The notes below the pieces were generated by a model that saw only the letters and a list, made by a program, of their open reading frames with translations, was not told the DNA's origin and made no database searches. Position numbers and translations under genes: made by a program. DNA of 64,000 nucleotides from Candidatus Bathyarchaeota archaeon (GTDB lineage: Archaea; Thermoproteota; Bathyarchaeia; 40CM-2-53-6): NCBI GenBank assembly GCA_963780265.1, contig CAWABQ010000010.1:32288-96287 (forward strand), written 5' to 3'. This document shows positions 7,788-17,945 of this stretch, one piece after another. Position 1 is the first letter of the stretch. Each line of letters begins with the position of its first letter.

Positions 7788-8660
7788 TTGAAATCAGACC
7801 TGCATCTCCCGCTATTTGTCGCAGTGATACTGATATGTTTTGCAGCTAACAGCGTGATTACTCGGTATTTGGTTCTTGTAAGCCGAGTCTCACCTTTCCT
7901 AGTCACCGTGATTCGATTTCTTAGCGGGCTTATGATGATACTGATAGTAAGCCGGATCTGGCCGACAACTCTTCGTCACGCCAAACCAAACGCATCTTAC
8001 TTGCTTGGGGCATTGTTTCTTGGAGCGTACGCGTTTTCGATATCGTACGGGTACTTGTTCATTCCTGTTGCCGCTGGAACACTCGTCTTCTACACATTTG
8101 TAGTGATCACGATGGTATCCTACTCCATAATCAAGGACAAGGAGAGATTGACCCTTCGTTTAGGGTTAGGGCAGTTGTTCGGTTTGCTAGGAGTGCTGGT
8201 CATTACGTTCGGCAGAATAAGCTCAGTTACACTACTTGGTGTTCTCCTAATGGTCGCTACCGGAATATCATGGGGTCTGTATTCCGCATACGGGAAGAGG
8301 TTCGAGATTGCGTTCAGCTATACTTACAACAGCTTTCTGATTCTAGGAGGAATTGCTGCTGTTACTTCATTAGTGCTCGCGTTTTGGGGTCAACTCACCT
8401 TCACAAATATTTCTCTTCAGGATCTCGGATTAGCTCTCTACATGGGCATGGTGAGTACGGCTCTCAGCTATTTGCTTTGGAATCAAACAATGAAGAAAAT
8501 TCCCGCATCTCTGGGAGGACTAGTCCAACTTGCTGTCCCTATTCTCGCCCCAGCCATGGGAATAATTTTCCTGGGTGAGCAACTCACCACCTCGCTCGTG
8601 ATTGGTGGCGGGCTGGTTTTGGTTGGCATCTATCTAGTCGGACGCAGACCCGCGTCATAA
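7788..8660 (+). CDS. EamA/DMT-family transporter
   Basis: About 10 hydrophobic segments in two repeats, LGEQLT motif. Confidence 0.85.
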   Translation: MKSDLHLPLFVAVILICFAANSVITRYLVLVSRVSPFLVTVIRFLSGLMMILIVSRIWPTTLRHAKPNASYLLGALFLGAYAFSISYGYLFIPVAAGTLVFYTFVVITMVSYSIIKDKERLTLRLGLGQLFGLLGVLVITFGRISSVTLLGVLLMVATGISWGLYSAYGKRFEIAFSYTYNSFLILGGIAAVTSLVLAFWGQLTFTNISLQDLGLALYMGMVSTALSYLLWNQTMKKIPASLGGLVQLAVPILAPAMGIIFLGEQLTTSLVIGGGLVLVGIYLVGRRPAS

Positions 8661-8789
8661 GTGGCCGCGTGGAGCAACAGAATTTGAACAGCCGCTCAAA
8701 TTCCTCTACCGGCGCCACATCCGGCTGGAATATGAAGGCAGAAATTGGACGAGTGCAACATATGCACAAGAAGTCGATTGCCCAGTCCC

Positions 8790-10274
8790 ATGAGAGATAC
8801 TTCTCGAAGTACGGCACGGCACCGAGATATGCCTCCAGACCTTTTCAGAAAATACAGCCATCAGACGGCCGATTGGATTGCTGATTATCTGGAGAACATG
8901 GATAACTATCCGGTATTGGCACGCACAAAGCCTGGCGACATTAAATCAAGCATACCAAAATCCCCACCTGAGAAGCCGGAGCCCTTCGAGAATGTATTGA
9001 GCGATTTTAGAAAGGTCATTTTGCCGGGAATCACTCATTGGAACCATCCTCGATTCTTCGCCTATTTCTCCATCACAGGCTCCTATCCTGGAATTATCGG
9101 AGAAATGTTGACGAGTGCGTTGAATGTGAATGCCATGCTATGGAAGACTTCTCCATCAGCCACCGAACTTGAGGGGGTGGTGTTGGATTGGTTACGGCAG
9201 ATGGTTGGTCTTCCTCAGCAGTTTGAGGGTGTGATAAATGATACAGCTTCGGTCGGCAGCTTGTGCGCGATGGCCGCAGCACGAGAGGCCGTCAACCTGC
9301 AGGTTCGCGAGAAAGGTTTGGCGGGCAGGAGTGAGCTTCCTCAACTGCGGGTATACAGCTCAGAGGAAGCGCATTCATCCATCGAGAAAGCGGCTATTGT
9401 ACTAGGCCTCGGCCAAGAGGGTATCCGAAAGATTCCGACCGACGAAGCCTTCCGAATGGACGTTCATGCATTGGAAGAGGCTGTCAACTCAGACCTCGAT
9501 GCGGGCATAAAGCCAGTTTGTGTCATTGCAACAATCGGAACCACTTCAACCACAAGCGTCGACCCAGTCAAAGAAATTGCTGAGCTCTGCAAGAAACACC
9601 AGATCTGGCTTCACGTTGACGCCGCTTATGCAGGTGCCGCAGCAATCTTACCCGAGATGCGCACGCAATTTGCTGGCTGGGAAAATGCTGATTCAATAAT
9701 CATTAACCCTCACAAGTGGCTCTTCACGCCGATCGATTGCAGTATCCTCTATTGCAGGCGCCCCGAACTCCTCAAGCAAGCTTTCAGCTTGACTCCGGAG
9801 TACCTCCGCACCCCGGAAACGGGGGAAGCGAAGAATCTGATGGATTATGGAATAAGCTTAGGCCGCCGCTTCCGAGCGCTCAAACTGTGGATGGTCATCC
9901 GCTCCCTTGGATGCGAGGGAATCGCCGCCGCCATAAGAGAACACATTGCCTATGCCCGTCGACTAGCGGACATGATCCACGGCCATCCAGACTTTCAGCT
10001 CTTGGCGCCTGCTCCATTCAGCACTCTGGTTTTTCGATTCTGCCCCAGCAACCTGCCGAGCAATAGGACTCAGTCAGACCAGGAAATTAACGACCTCAAC
10101 GAAGAGCTGTTGGAAGCAGTCAACAAAACAGGACAAGTATTTCTCTCGCACACAAAGCTCAGGGGAAAATTCGGAATTCGATTGGCGGTCGGCAATCTAA
10201 AGACTTCATGGGAAGATTTGTCGCTGGCTTGGGATGTGATTCAGCAGAAGGCTGCAGAACTCCTGCAGCCATAA
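8790..10274 (+). CDS. PLP-dependent group II (aromatic L-amino acid-type) decarboxylase
   Basis: PGITHWNHPRFFAYF, HVDAAYAG, NPHKWLF (PLP lysine), LGRRFRALKLW. Confidence 0.92.
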   Translation: MRDTSRSTARHRDMPPDLFRKYSHQTADWIADYLENMDNYPVLARTKPGDIKSSIPKSPPEKPEPFENVLSDFRKVILPGITHWNHPRFFAYFSITGSYPGIIGEMLTSALNVNAMLWKTSPSATELEGVVLDWLRQMVGLPQQFEGVINDTASVGSLCAMAAAREAVNLQVREKGLAGRSELPQLRVYSSEEAHSSIEKAAIVLGLGQEGIRKIPTDEAFRMDVHALEEAVNSDLDAGIKPVCVIATIGTTSTTSVDPVKEIAELCKKHQIWLHVDAAYAGAAAILPEMRTQFAGWENADSIIINPHKWLFTPIDCSILYCRRPELLKQAFSLTPEYLRTPETGEAKNLMDYGISLGRRFRALKLWMVIRSLGCEGIAAAIREHIAYARRLADMIHGHPDFQLLAPAPFSTLVFRFCPSNLPSNRTQSDQEINDLNEELLEAVNKTGQVFLSHTKLRGKFGIRLAVGNLKTSWEDLSLAWDVIQQKAAELLQP

Positions 10275-10562
10275 CCTGTCCAAGACGATCAGTTCTTTGC
10301 GATGGGCACTCGGGATTCGACGCTCGCCGTAAACCGTCCTTGCTACTATGAAATTTAAGAACATGGACCTCAAGACTAGAGCCAAATTTCACACCGCTTA
10401 ACCTTCAGTTGAATGTTCTCTCCCCACGCCAAACTCTCATTCAGTGCTCTCTTGCCCACCAGAGAGCGGCAGGGTCAGTTTTCGTCGTATTATCTTCTAG
10501 TTGTTGAGGTGAAAAAGAAAAGGGGGAAAGAAGGATGTGCCTTCTCTCTCAGTTGATTCTGT

Positions 10563-12494
10563 TTATGGACAGGCGTTGGAACCTGTGGTGACGACACCAG
10601 TAGTGGTAGCGCCGGAGTCTGTTGAACTTTGACAATTGGCACCGGTGAAGTTGGCGTTTGTGAGGTTGGCGTTGTTCATGTTCGCTCCCTGTAAGTTGGC
10701 TCCCTGTAGGTTGGCTCCTGAGAGGTTAGCACCTGACAAATTGACGTGTTGGAGGTTGGAACCTTGTAGGTTGGCTCCTGAGAGGTTAGCGCTTTGCAAG
10801 TTGGCTCCCTGGAGGTTCGAACCCTGTATCTTTGCTCCTTGCAAATTGGCATTCTGTAAGTTGGCATTTTGGAGGTTTGATCCCTGCACATTAGCGCCTT
10901 GGAGGTTGAGTCCTTGGAGGTTGGCTTTCTGTAGGTTCTTTCCTGCTAAGTTGAGGTTCGGGAATAGGACGCCTGGTATGAAACTGGCTACGTCGGGTGT
11001 TCCCCAACCGGTGGTTAGGTCGTATCCTGTGCCTGCGGTGAATCCATCATATGATGCGATTCCGGCCGTGGCGCTGTTGTTGCCTTGCACTATGTCGTGG
11101 AATGCTCTACTGTAGAGTGAGCTTTGGGCTAGGTTGTAGATTGCTGGGGTGATGAAGCCGACGGGGCCGCCGTTCACTTGGTTCATGAGGGCGATTTCTG
11201 CAGCCAACGCTGGTGAGCTAGCGCTTGTTCCACCGAAGACTGCCCACGCGCCAAGGAATCCAAGATAGGCAAGTACGCCGCCTGAGACGGCGGAGTTGAA
11301 TGAAATGTCTGGAACCAATCTCGCGTTTGCTGCGGAGGCAGTACTGCCTAGTAGAGTGGGGAATGAGTTGGGTAGAGTTGCCTGATAGGTTGGCCTGCTG
11401 TAGAGTGTGCTGATTCCACCACCGGTGGAAGTTGGAGCGCCTTCCCAGTTCCACTCGTTCCAAGCTCCTTCGCCGCCATAAGCGGTTGGGAAGCAACTTG
11501 AGGGTTCACCTGGCCTGGTCGCTGTTCCGCATCCGTTTGCGCCGCCGTTGATTATTACTAGACCTGTGTTGCATGTTGCTCCTGCTGCGCAGCTGAATGT
11601 GTTGCCACTTCCAGGTGGAAATCCATATTGTCCTCCGAATGGGTAGCCCTGTGTACCGCCAGCTGATATGACGAGAGGGCTCGTTGATGGCCATGATGGA
11701 ATTAGGGTCGTTGATGGGAAGTCTGTTTCCGCGCCGAAGTCAGCGGACGAGGCTAGAAGGGTCCATTTGTTGTTCGTTGCTGTCTGATACATTGCGTCTG
11801 CCTGTGCTTGGAATCCTGCCGGATCGCCAAGGAGCGCGTCTTCTCCTTGTCCGAAGCTCTGTGACATTATGCTGCCTTTGAGGGTTTTTTGCGATACTAC
11901 GGCTTGTTGTGCTGCGAGGATGCTGGTGTCGAAGCAGTCAGCAGCGACCACTAGGACTATTTTGGCTCCAGGTGCAAGTGCATGGGACTGTGTGATGTCG
12001 AGGGTGGTTTCTTCTGCCCAACCTACTGCACCGCATAGTGCAGCGTTCGGGGCTGTGCTAAGGTCCGATATTGTTTTCACGGGACAGACATCAGTTGGAG
12101 CTCCCGTCCATGTTGGAGGGCAGAGTACCGTCACCGTCGTAGCTGGGAGGCTGAAGGTTGTGTCATATGTGTTCAGGTCGGACTGGGCAGTTGGGCTGCC
12201 AAACGCGTCTACTATGACGATCGTTGAGCCGGTTCCATTAAGTCCATCCGGAAAGTCGTAGGCCGTCTTGAGGAAGTTAGGAGGGTAGCACATGATGTTC
12301 CCGCGGGAACCGCTGAAACAGAACGGAACTCCACCCACGGGTGCGGTTGGATTGAACGATGGACCAAGTAGAGCCATCGGTGGGCTGACAGTAAAGATTC
12401 CGGCACGATTGTTTGGAGTTGAGTATGCTAGAGTTGAGCTGGTCACTAAGAGAAGTAGTGTTGCTGTTGTTGCTATCGTTAGAAATTTTCTCAT
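10563..12494 (-). CDS. Secreted S53 (sedolisin-like) peptidase with C-terminal pentapeptide repeats
   Basis: Signal peptide, EETTLD, SSADFG, GGTSASSP, GYDLTTGWGTP, then (A/S)NLQG repeats. Confidence 0.9.
   Translation of the reverse strand: MRKFLTIATTATLLLLVTSSTLAYSTPNNRAGIFTVSPPMALLGPSFNPTAPVGGVPFCFSGSRGNIMCYPPNFLKTAYDFPDGLNGTGSTIVIVDAFGSPTAQSDLNTYDTTFSLPATTVTVLCPPTWTGAPTDVCPVKTISDLSTAPNAALCGAVGWAEETTLDITQSHALAPGAKIVLVVAADCFDTSILAAQQAVVSQKTLKGSIMSQSFGQGEDALLGDPAGFQAQADAMYQTATNNKWTLLASSADFGAETDFPSTTLIPSWPSTSPLVISAGGTQGYPFGGQYGFPPGSGNTFSCAAGATCNTGLVIINGGANGCGTATRPGEPSSCFPTAYGGEGAWNEWNWEGAPTSTGGGISTLYSRPTYQATLPNSFPTLLGSTASAANARLVPDISFNSAVSGGVLAYLGFLGAWAVFGGTSASSPALAAEIALMNQVNGGPVGFITPAIYNLAQSSLYSRAFHDIVQGNNSATAGIASYDGFTAGTGYDLTTGWGTPDVASFIPGVLFPNLNLAGKNLQKANLQGLNLQGANVQGSNLQNANLQNANLQGAKIQGSNLQGANLQSANLSGANLQGSNLQHVNLSGANLSGANLQGANLQGANMNNANLTNANFTGANCQSSTDSGATTTGVVTTGSNACP
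10640..10950 (-). repeat. 15-nt-period coding repeat (pentapeptide repeat array)
   Basis: About 20 units of A/S-N-L-Q/S-G. Confidence 0.85.
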
Positions 12495-12906
12495 GCAGTC
12501 AAGTAAGTCAATGACGGTATATTAATGTTCCGTGGATGGAACAGCACGGTTCCATATGAAAAATGACGAATAATGAAGAAATTACTCATTCTCGCTCCAT
12601 GAAAATTCATGCTAGTTTATGTGCTCGTCGAAAACTGAGATGACGTGGAACTAAGGAGCATTATGGGTTTGCAGTTACCCGGCATCCCAAAGAATTCAGA
12701 GCGCACACCTCAGGCGGATCTCGTTATTGCTTTAGCGGTTGGAAGCGATAAGGGCAACTATTGTTTTGGCCCTCGTTTTGCTGTTCAGCAAGTATGAAAG
12801 AAAAAAGGTCATCAGAAATGGCCATTCGTAGTTGTACGAGGGCCTAATCCGGCAAGGTTTAATACAATTCCCTCTTTCGCTACTTCTCATTCGGTGTAAG
12901 CAGCAG

Positions 12907-13421
12907 ATGTCTAGAGAGTTCAGGCAACTCCTGCGTGTCGCAGGCACTAGCGTTGACGGGACAAAGAAGTTGACTTACGGTATCCTGCGTATCAAGGGCG
13001 TAGGGCCAAGCTATGCGGTTGCAATAGTTAGGGCTGCGGAACTTCGGCCCGAGTCGAGATTGGGCGATCTTTCTGAGGGTGAAGTTCAGAAACTGGAGGA
13101 TGTAATGCGCAACCCGCGAAGTATGGGCTACCGTCCCGCCTCTACAATCGAAGAAAGGGGATTGAAAATGGCCGCGACGCACATTTGATCGGCGCGGATC
13201 TGGCGTTGAGCATTAAGAATGATGTTGATTTCATGACGGACATTCGATCCTGGAAGGGAGTTCGACACTCCTTAGGCTTGAAGGTTCGCGGACAACGAAC
13301 CCGCACCACAGGCCGTAAAGGCAGGGCGGTCGGTGTGGCAAAGAAGGTTGTTATGGAGGCTGCGAGGGCAGCCATGGCCGCGGAGAAGAAAGGCGAGGAA
13401 CCTAAGGAAGAGAAAAAGTAA
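12907..13421 (+). CDS. rps13: 30S ribosomal protein S13 (apparent 1-nt deletion near 13115)
   Basis: IKGVG, shifted frame KYGLPSRLYNRRK, then WKGVRHSLGLKVRGQRTRTTGR. Confidence 0.95.
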
Positions 13422-13433
13422 GGCTGATAACAA

Positions 13434-14000
13434 ATGGGCGATCCAAAAAGACAGCGAAAGACCTACGAGACCCCTAGGCACCCTTGGCGTAGGGACCAAC
13501 TCGAGCTCGAACTTCGCTTAATGGGCGAATACGGCCTTCGCAACAAACGCGAACTCTGGCGCTACAAAACAATCCTCTCCCAGGTGAGGGGCATCGCTAG
13601 GTCACTGCTAGGTTCCACGGGTGAAACGCGCGAACGCCTAGAACGTGAGTACCTTTCGAAGTTAAGCCGAGACGGCGTCCTATCCGAATCGGCTAACATT
13701 GATGAAGTTCTGGACTTGGAGATTCGCGACCTACTGGACCGCAGGTTACAGACCATGGTCTTCAAAAGGGGACTTGCAAAAACGCCCTTTCAAGCGCGGC
13801 AACTGGTCTCGCATGGGCACATCTCGGTTGCGGGAAAAGTTGTGTCAGTGCCCGGCTACATGGTGAAACGCGACGAGGAAGAGAAACTGAAGTTTTTCTC
13901 CCATAGCCCACTATCGAAGGCCGACCATCCTGTGAGAAAGGTCATCGCAGCGACCGCCGCGAGCCAAGCTGTGAGCGAACTGTCCCCGAAGGCTTCCTAG
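13434..14000 (+). CDS. rps4: 30S ribosomal protein S4
   Basis: [38 protein letters not shown]. Confidence 0.96.
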   Translation: MGDPKRQRKTYETPRHPWRRDQLELELRLMGEYGLRNKRELWRYKTILSQVRGIARSLLGSTGETRERLEREYLSKLSRDGVLSESANIDEVLDLEIRDLLDRRLQTMVFKRGLAKTPFQARQLVSHGHISVAGKVVSVPGYMVKRDEEEKLKFFSHSPLSKADHPVRKVIAATAASQAVSELSPKAS

Positions 14001-14014
14001 CCGCAACTTCTACG

Positions 14015-14425
14015 CTAGGGACGTCTCCTCAGGAGTAAGAGGAAGACGAGCCCGGCGATTGTTAGGACTGTGGCCAATACGATGAGGGCGACGGAATAGG
14101 GTCCGCTTCCGAGGATTATTGGAATCGGCCCGATCAAAATGATCGTTCCCCCGCTCCCCCCACCCAAGTTCGATGCAGAACCGAAAGCTATCAACAACAT
14201 GCCGACGAAGATTACAGCGGAAGCTATGAAAAACAACCACGTCGCCGATGAAAATCTTGGCCAAGTCGAATACATTTGAGGCGCGGCAAGCCTCGGCTTG
14301 GTTCGGCATTCAGAACACGACCAACTGACTGGGTCGATGCAGTTGCTGCAGACCCCGTTCCCGCAACCCTGGCATACGTGAGTCGCAGGCTGCATTCCAC
14401 AAATTGCGCACAGAGGGACCGCCAT
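14015..14425 (-). CDS. Zinc-finger plus DUF131 membrane protein
   Basis: CAIC..C.GC...C..C....C..C followed by TM helices and GGTIILIGPIPIILGS. Confidence 0.75.
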   Translation of the reverse strand: MAVPLCAICGMQPATHVCQGCGNGVCSNCIDPVSWSCSECRTKPRLAAPQMYSTWPRFSSATWLFFIASAVIFVGMLLIAFGSASNLGGGSGGTIILIGPIPIILGSGPYSVALIVLATVLTIAGLVFLLLLRRRP

Positions 14426-14430
14426 GTGGT

Positions 14431-14683
14431 TCACCCGATTAGGCGAAGGGATGCAATGAGAACGGCGGCTATGAGAATTATGGCTAGTATCACGAGAATC
14501 TTGACTGATTGGCGATCTGTTCCGAATATTATTGGAATGGGGCCTATGAGCAGAATACCCCCTCCGAGTTTTCGTCCCGGCGTTCGCCGACCTAGTCGCA
14601 ATCACGATTACTGCGACAAATGCAAGGACAAATCCAATGATCACGAGTGCGAACCCAACCGTGGCAATGGAGACCTCGCTCAA
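14431..14683 (-). CDS. DUF131 membrane protein (apparent indel near 14565)
   Basis: TM helix, then shifted frame GGILLIGPIPIIFGTD to a stop at 14431. Confidence 0.7.
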
Positions 14684-14923
14684 CGTTTTACAGGCCTAAC
14701 ACGATTCGAGATCACTCGCGAACTTTAACTCTTCGAGAATATTCGCGATTTGCAACGTTCGAAAAGTCGTAATAGTTTATAAGCCCCGCAGAGGCTACCA
14801 CCGAAAGCTCCTTACAAAGAAGTGAAAAATAACGTGCACCTTGGACCCGAACGACAAGATTCAGGTCGTAACAGCCAAATTGGCCCACGAGACGCGCCGT
14901 TCTCCCTGAGGGGTCCGTAGGTC

Positions 14924-15750
14924 TTGGACGTAACGATTCTGGAAGAGAAAGATAACACACTCCGGTTCCTGTTGAAAGGAACGGGGCATGCTTACGCCAA
15001 CGCTCTCCGCCGCGCCATGATGGCGGAGGTTCCAGTGATGGCTATTGAAGACGTTATCATAATCGAGAACACCTCCGTCCTGTATGATGAAGTGATAGCC
15101 CACAGGCTTGGGCTAGTGCCAATTAAAACCGACTTGGATGCTTACGTTTTGCCCGAGGAATGCGACTGCAAGAGTGAACTGGGGTGCAGCAAATGCAGGG
15201 CCTCTTTCACACTTGAAGCAGAAGCAGTGGACGAACCAGTTATGGTATATTCTTCTGCCTTGAAAGCAGAAAGCGATGCAGCACCTGTGAGTGGCAGCAT
15301 ACCGATCGTTAAGCTCGGCCCCATGCAGAAGTTGAAGCTTGAGGTTTATGCTAGGTTAGGGCGGGGGTTGGAGCACGCCAAATGGCAGCCAGTTTCCGCG
15401 TGCGCCTACAAGTACCTACCAAAGGTAACTCTAACCGCCGACAACTTAGCTAATCCCGACGAGGTCATCCAGGTTTGCCCGACCGATGTCTACGCCCGTG
15501 ACCCCGAAAGCAAAATCGCCGTACGCGACGAGCTTGCTTGCACGCTGTGCATGGACTGTGTGGAGAAGGCTGTCCCGGTGGATTCCAAGAAAACTTTTCC
15601 CGTTAAGATCGAGGGCGACGAGATCTCATTCCTGTTCTACGTAGAGTCGACTGGGGCGATACCGCCGAGAAGGCTCCGGAGGAGGCGGCAAAGGTTCTCG
15701 AGAAGAAGGCAACAGCGCTTACCGACTTGGCTAAGAAGGGCTTCGAATAG
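14924..15750 (+). CDS. rpoD: DNA-directed RNA polymerase subunit D (Rpo3) with ferredoxin-like insert; indel near 15676
   Basis: ANALRR, DEVIAHRLGLVP, HAKWQP, CTLCMDC; the corrected frame ends KKGFE*. Confidence 0.95.
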
Positions 15751-15762
15751 GAGAATTGCTCT

Positions 15763-16122
15763 ATGCGCCGTGTAATCACAAACCCCGAACTGCTCGATAC
15801 GATCAGGTTTCTTAAGGTACAGGCAAGAGAAAACAAAGCCAAGATCTGGGCGGTGACAGCGGAGTGCCTCTCCGGCCCTAGAACAAACAGGGCGGTTCTA
15901 GATCTGAACCATATATCACGGGCATCGAAACGTGACGCGTTCGTACTTGTGCCAGGCAAAGTCCTAGCAGCCGGCTACATTAAGCACCCCGTCACCGTGG
16001 GAGCCTTCCAGTTCTCCCAAGCCGCAAAGATGAAGATTGAGCGAGCCGGCGGCAAATGTATTGCAATCAAAGACTTCGTCAGCAAAAACCCAAAGGGATC
16101 AAACGTTCTAATTTTGAGATGA
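15763..16122 (+). CDS. rpl18e: 50S ribosomal protein L18e
   Basis: TNPEL, IW, VPGKVL, V.A..FS..A..KI..AGG. Confidence 0.95.
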   Translation: MRRVITNPELLDTIRFLKVQARENKAKIWAVTAECLSGPRTNRAVLDLNHISRASKRDAFVLVPGKVLAAGYIKHPVTVGAFQFSQAAKMKIERAGGKCIAIKDFVSKNPKGSNVLILR

Positions 16123-16127
16123 GTGCC

Positions 16128-16558
16128 ATGTCGAAAGAACCTGTGCTACTGGACCGAAAAATCAAATCCTTGGTCGGCTGGCGAGCTACGTTGCGAAACA
16201 CGCCCTAAGCGGCAACAGCATCATAGTGCTTAACGCTGAAAAGGCCGTAATCTCCGGGAGGCGAAAGAACATTGTGGAAGAGGCAAAACGACGGCTCGAA
16301 ACAAGAACACTTGCAAATCAGACAACTGCCCCAGTTCACCAACGCCGACCGGACCTATACTTTAGGCGAGTAGTTCGAGGCATGCTTCCTTGGGAGAAGG
16401 CTAAAGGAAAAGCCGCCTTCCACAGGGTGATAGTGTTCATGGGCGTTCCGGAAGAGTACTCAAGCAAGACAGCAGTGAAGGTGCCCGGCGCAGATGCTTC
16501 AAAGCTCGCTTCACCCTACATAACCTTGGAAGACCTCGCGACGGAGATTGGAGGTTAA
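16128..16558 (+). CDS. rpl13: 50S ribosomal protein L13 (indel near 16155)
   Basis: LLD[A]KNQILGRLASYVAK, NAEKAVISG, RVVRGMLP. Confidence 0.93.
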
Positions 16559-16564
16559 GTTTGA

Positions 16565-17029
16565 ATGAGTGAGACACTCGAAAAGTTGGAAAAACCCGAG
16601 AAGGCTGAAAAACCCGAGAAAGCCGAGAAGAAGAGGCTCATACTCGTCACGGGAAAAAGGAAGACCGCTATCGCCCGCGCCGTAATCAAGACCGGTTCAG
16701 GAAATATCTTCGTAAACGGAATCCCGCTTTCAACATTCACGCCTGAGATTGCTAAGATCAAGATAACCGAACCCTTGGCGCTGTCGGGAGAGAGGGGAAA
16801 AGGAGTGGACATTAGTGTGAAGGTCAGCGGTGGAGGATTCATGGGGCAAGCTGAAGCAGCTCGTATGGCTGTGGCAAAGGGTTTGGTTCAATGGTCGCGC
16901 AGCTCCGAACTTAGAAAAACGTTGACTAATTACGACCGAACCATGCTTGCGGGGGACCCGCGGAGAAAGGAACCCAAGAAGTTCGGTGGGCCAGGAGCTA
17001 GACGCCGGGAACAAAAATCCTACAGGTAG
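16565..17029 (+). CDS. rps9: 30S ribosomal protein S9
   Basis: GKRKTAIARA, GGGFMGQAEA, KKFGGPGARRREQKSYR. Confidence 0.96.
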   Translation: MSETLEKLEKPEKAEKPEKAEKKRLILVTGKRKTAIARAVIKTGSGNIFVNGIPLSTFTPEIAKIKITEPLALSGERGKGVDISVKVSGGGFMGQAEAARMAVAKGLVQWSRSSELRKTLTNYDRTMLAGDPRRKEPKKFGGPGARRREQKSYR

Positions 17030-17037
17030 GACAAAAC

Positions 17038-17262
17038 TTGATCATACCAGTACGTTGTTTCACTTGCGGAAAGCTCGTCGCCGACCGCTGGGAAGAGTTC
17101 GCACGGCGCGTCAAAACAGGGGAGAAGCCGAAGAAGGTTTTGGACGACATTGGAATGACAAGGTATTGCTGCCGCCGGATGTTCATATCCCAAGTGGATG
17201 TCTTGGACAATCTGTTGCGCTACTCACAGGTCACCGCTAAGAGACGCGCACAATTCGAATAG
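17038..17262 (+). CDS. rpoN: RNA polymerase subunit N (Rpo10)
   Basis: MIIPVRCFTCGK...RYCCRRM. Confidence 0.97.
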   Translation: MIIPVRCFTCGKLVADRWEEFARRVKTGEKPKKVLDDIGMTRYCCRRMFISQVDVLDNLLRYSQVTAKRRAQFE

Positions 17263-17279
17263 CCATAGAGAGTGCCTAC

Positions 17280-17945
17280 ATGTCTGAGATTGAAGAAAAA
17301 GAGGGAATGCCGAAGTCGGAGGACCTACTCCTCCCGCTCGAAGAGCTACTTGCCGCAGGACTACACATAGGCACCCGGATTAAGACTGGCGACATGGAAC
17401 CTTACATCTATCGCGTTAGGCCCGATGGGCTATTCATACTAAACATCGGGAAGACTGATGAAAAGATTCGTGTGGCAGCCCGCTTTATCGCACGCTTCGA
17501 GGAGGGCCGTGTACTTATTGTTTCCTCGAGGCTCTATGGGAAAACTCCCGTCGAGAAGTTCTGTGAAATAACGAAGACCGTCCCCATCATTGGTCGTTTC
17601 ATGCCGGGTCTCATCTCAAACCCACTACAACCGTACCATGCAGACCCGCAAGTTATCATGGTAACCGACCCGAGAGCAGATTGGCAGGCGATTAAGGAAG
17701 CGACCAGCGCGGGCGTTCCCGTGATAGCCCTCGGCGACACAGACAACGTTTTCAGCGGAGTCGATCTCGCAATTCCCGTGAACAACAAAGGGCGACGCAC
17801 GTTGGCAATGGTTTACTGGTTGCTGGCACGTCAGGTCCTGCGTGAAAGAGGAGAACTCGCCCAAGATGGTACAATAACTGCTACCGTGGATGATTTCGAG
17901 ACAAAGTTGGCAGCTATCGCCCCGAGAGCGGGCGGCGAGCTTTGA
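17280..17945 (+). CDS. rps2: 30S ribosomal protein S2
   Basis: LAAGLHIGT, GRFMPG, IPVNNKGR. Confidence 0.96.
   Translation: MSEIEEKEGMPKSEDLLLPLEELLAAGLHIGTRIKTGDMEPYIYRVRPDGLFILNIGKTDEKIRVAARFIARFEEGRVLIVSSRLYGKTPVEKFCEITKTVPIIGRFMPGLISNPLQPYHADPQVIMVTDPRADWQAIKEATSAGVPVIALGDTDNVFSGVDLAIPVNNKGRRTLAMVYWLLARQVLRERGELAQDGTITATVDDFETKLAAIAPRAGGEL

Noticed and set aside
12526..12543. Palindrome TGTTCC-N6-GGAACA upstream of the S53 peptidase
   Set aside because: Single occurrence with no adjacent regulator; could be chance.
16589..16630. 18-bp tandem repeat at the start of rps9 (EKPEKA twice)
   Set aside because: A low-complexity N-terminal extension; not CRISPR-like and no sign of function.
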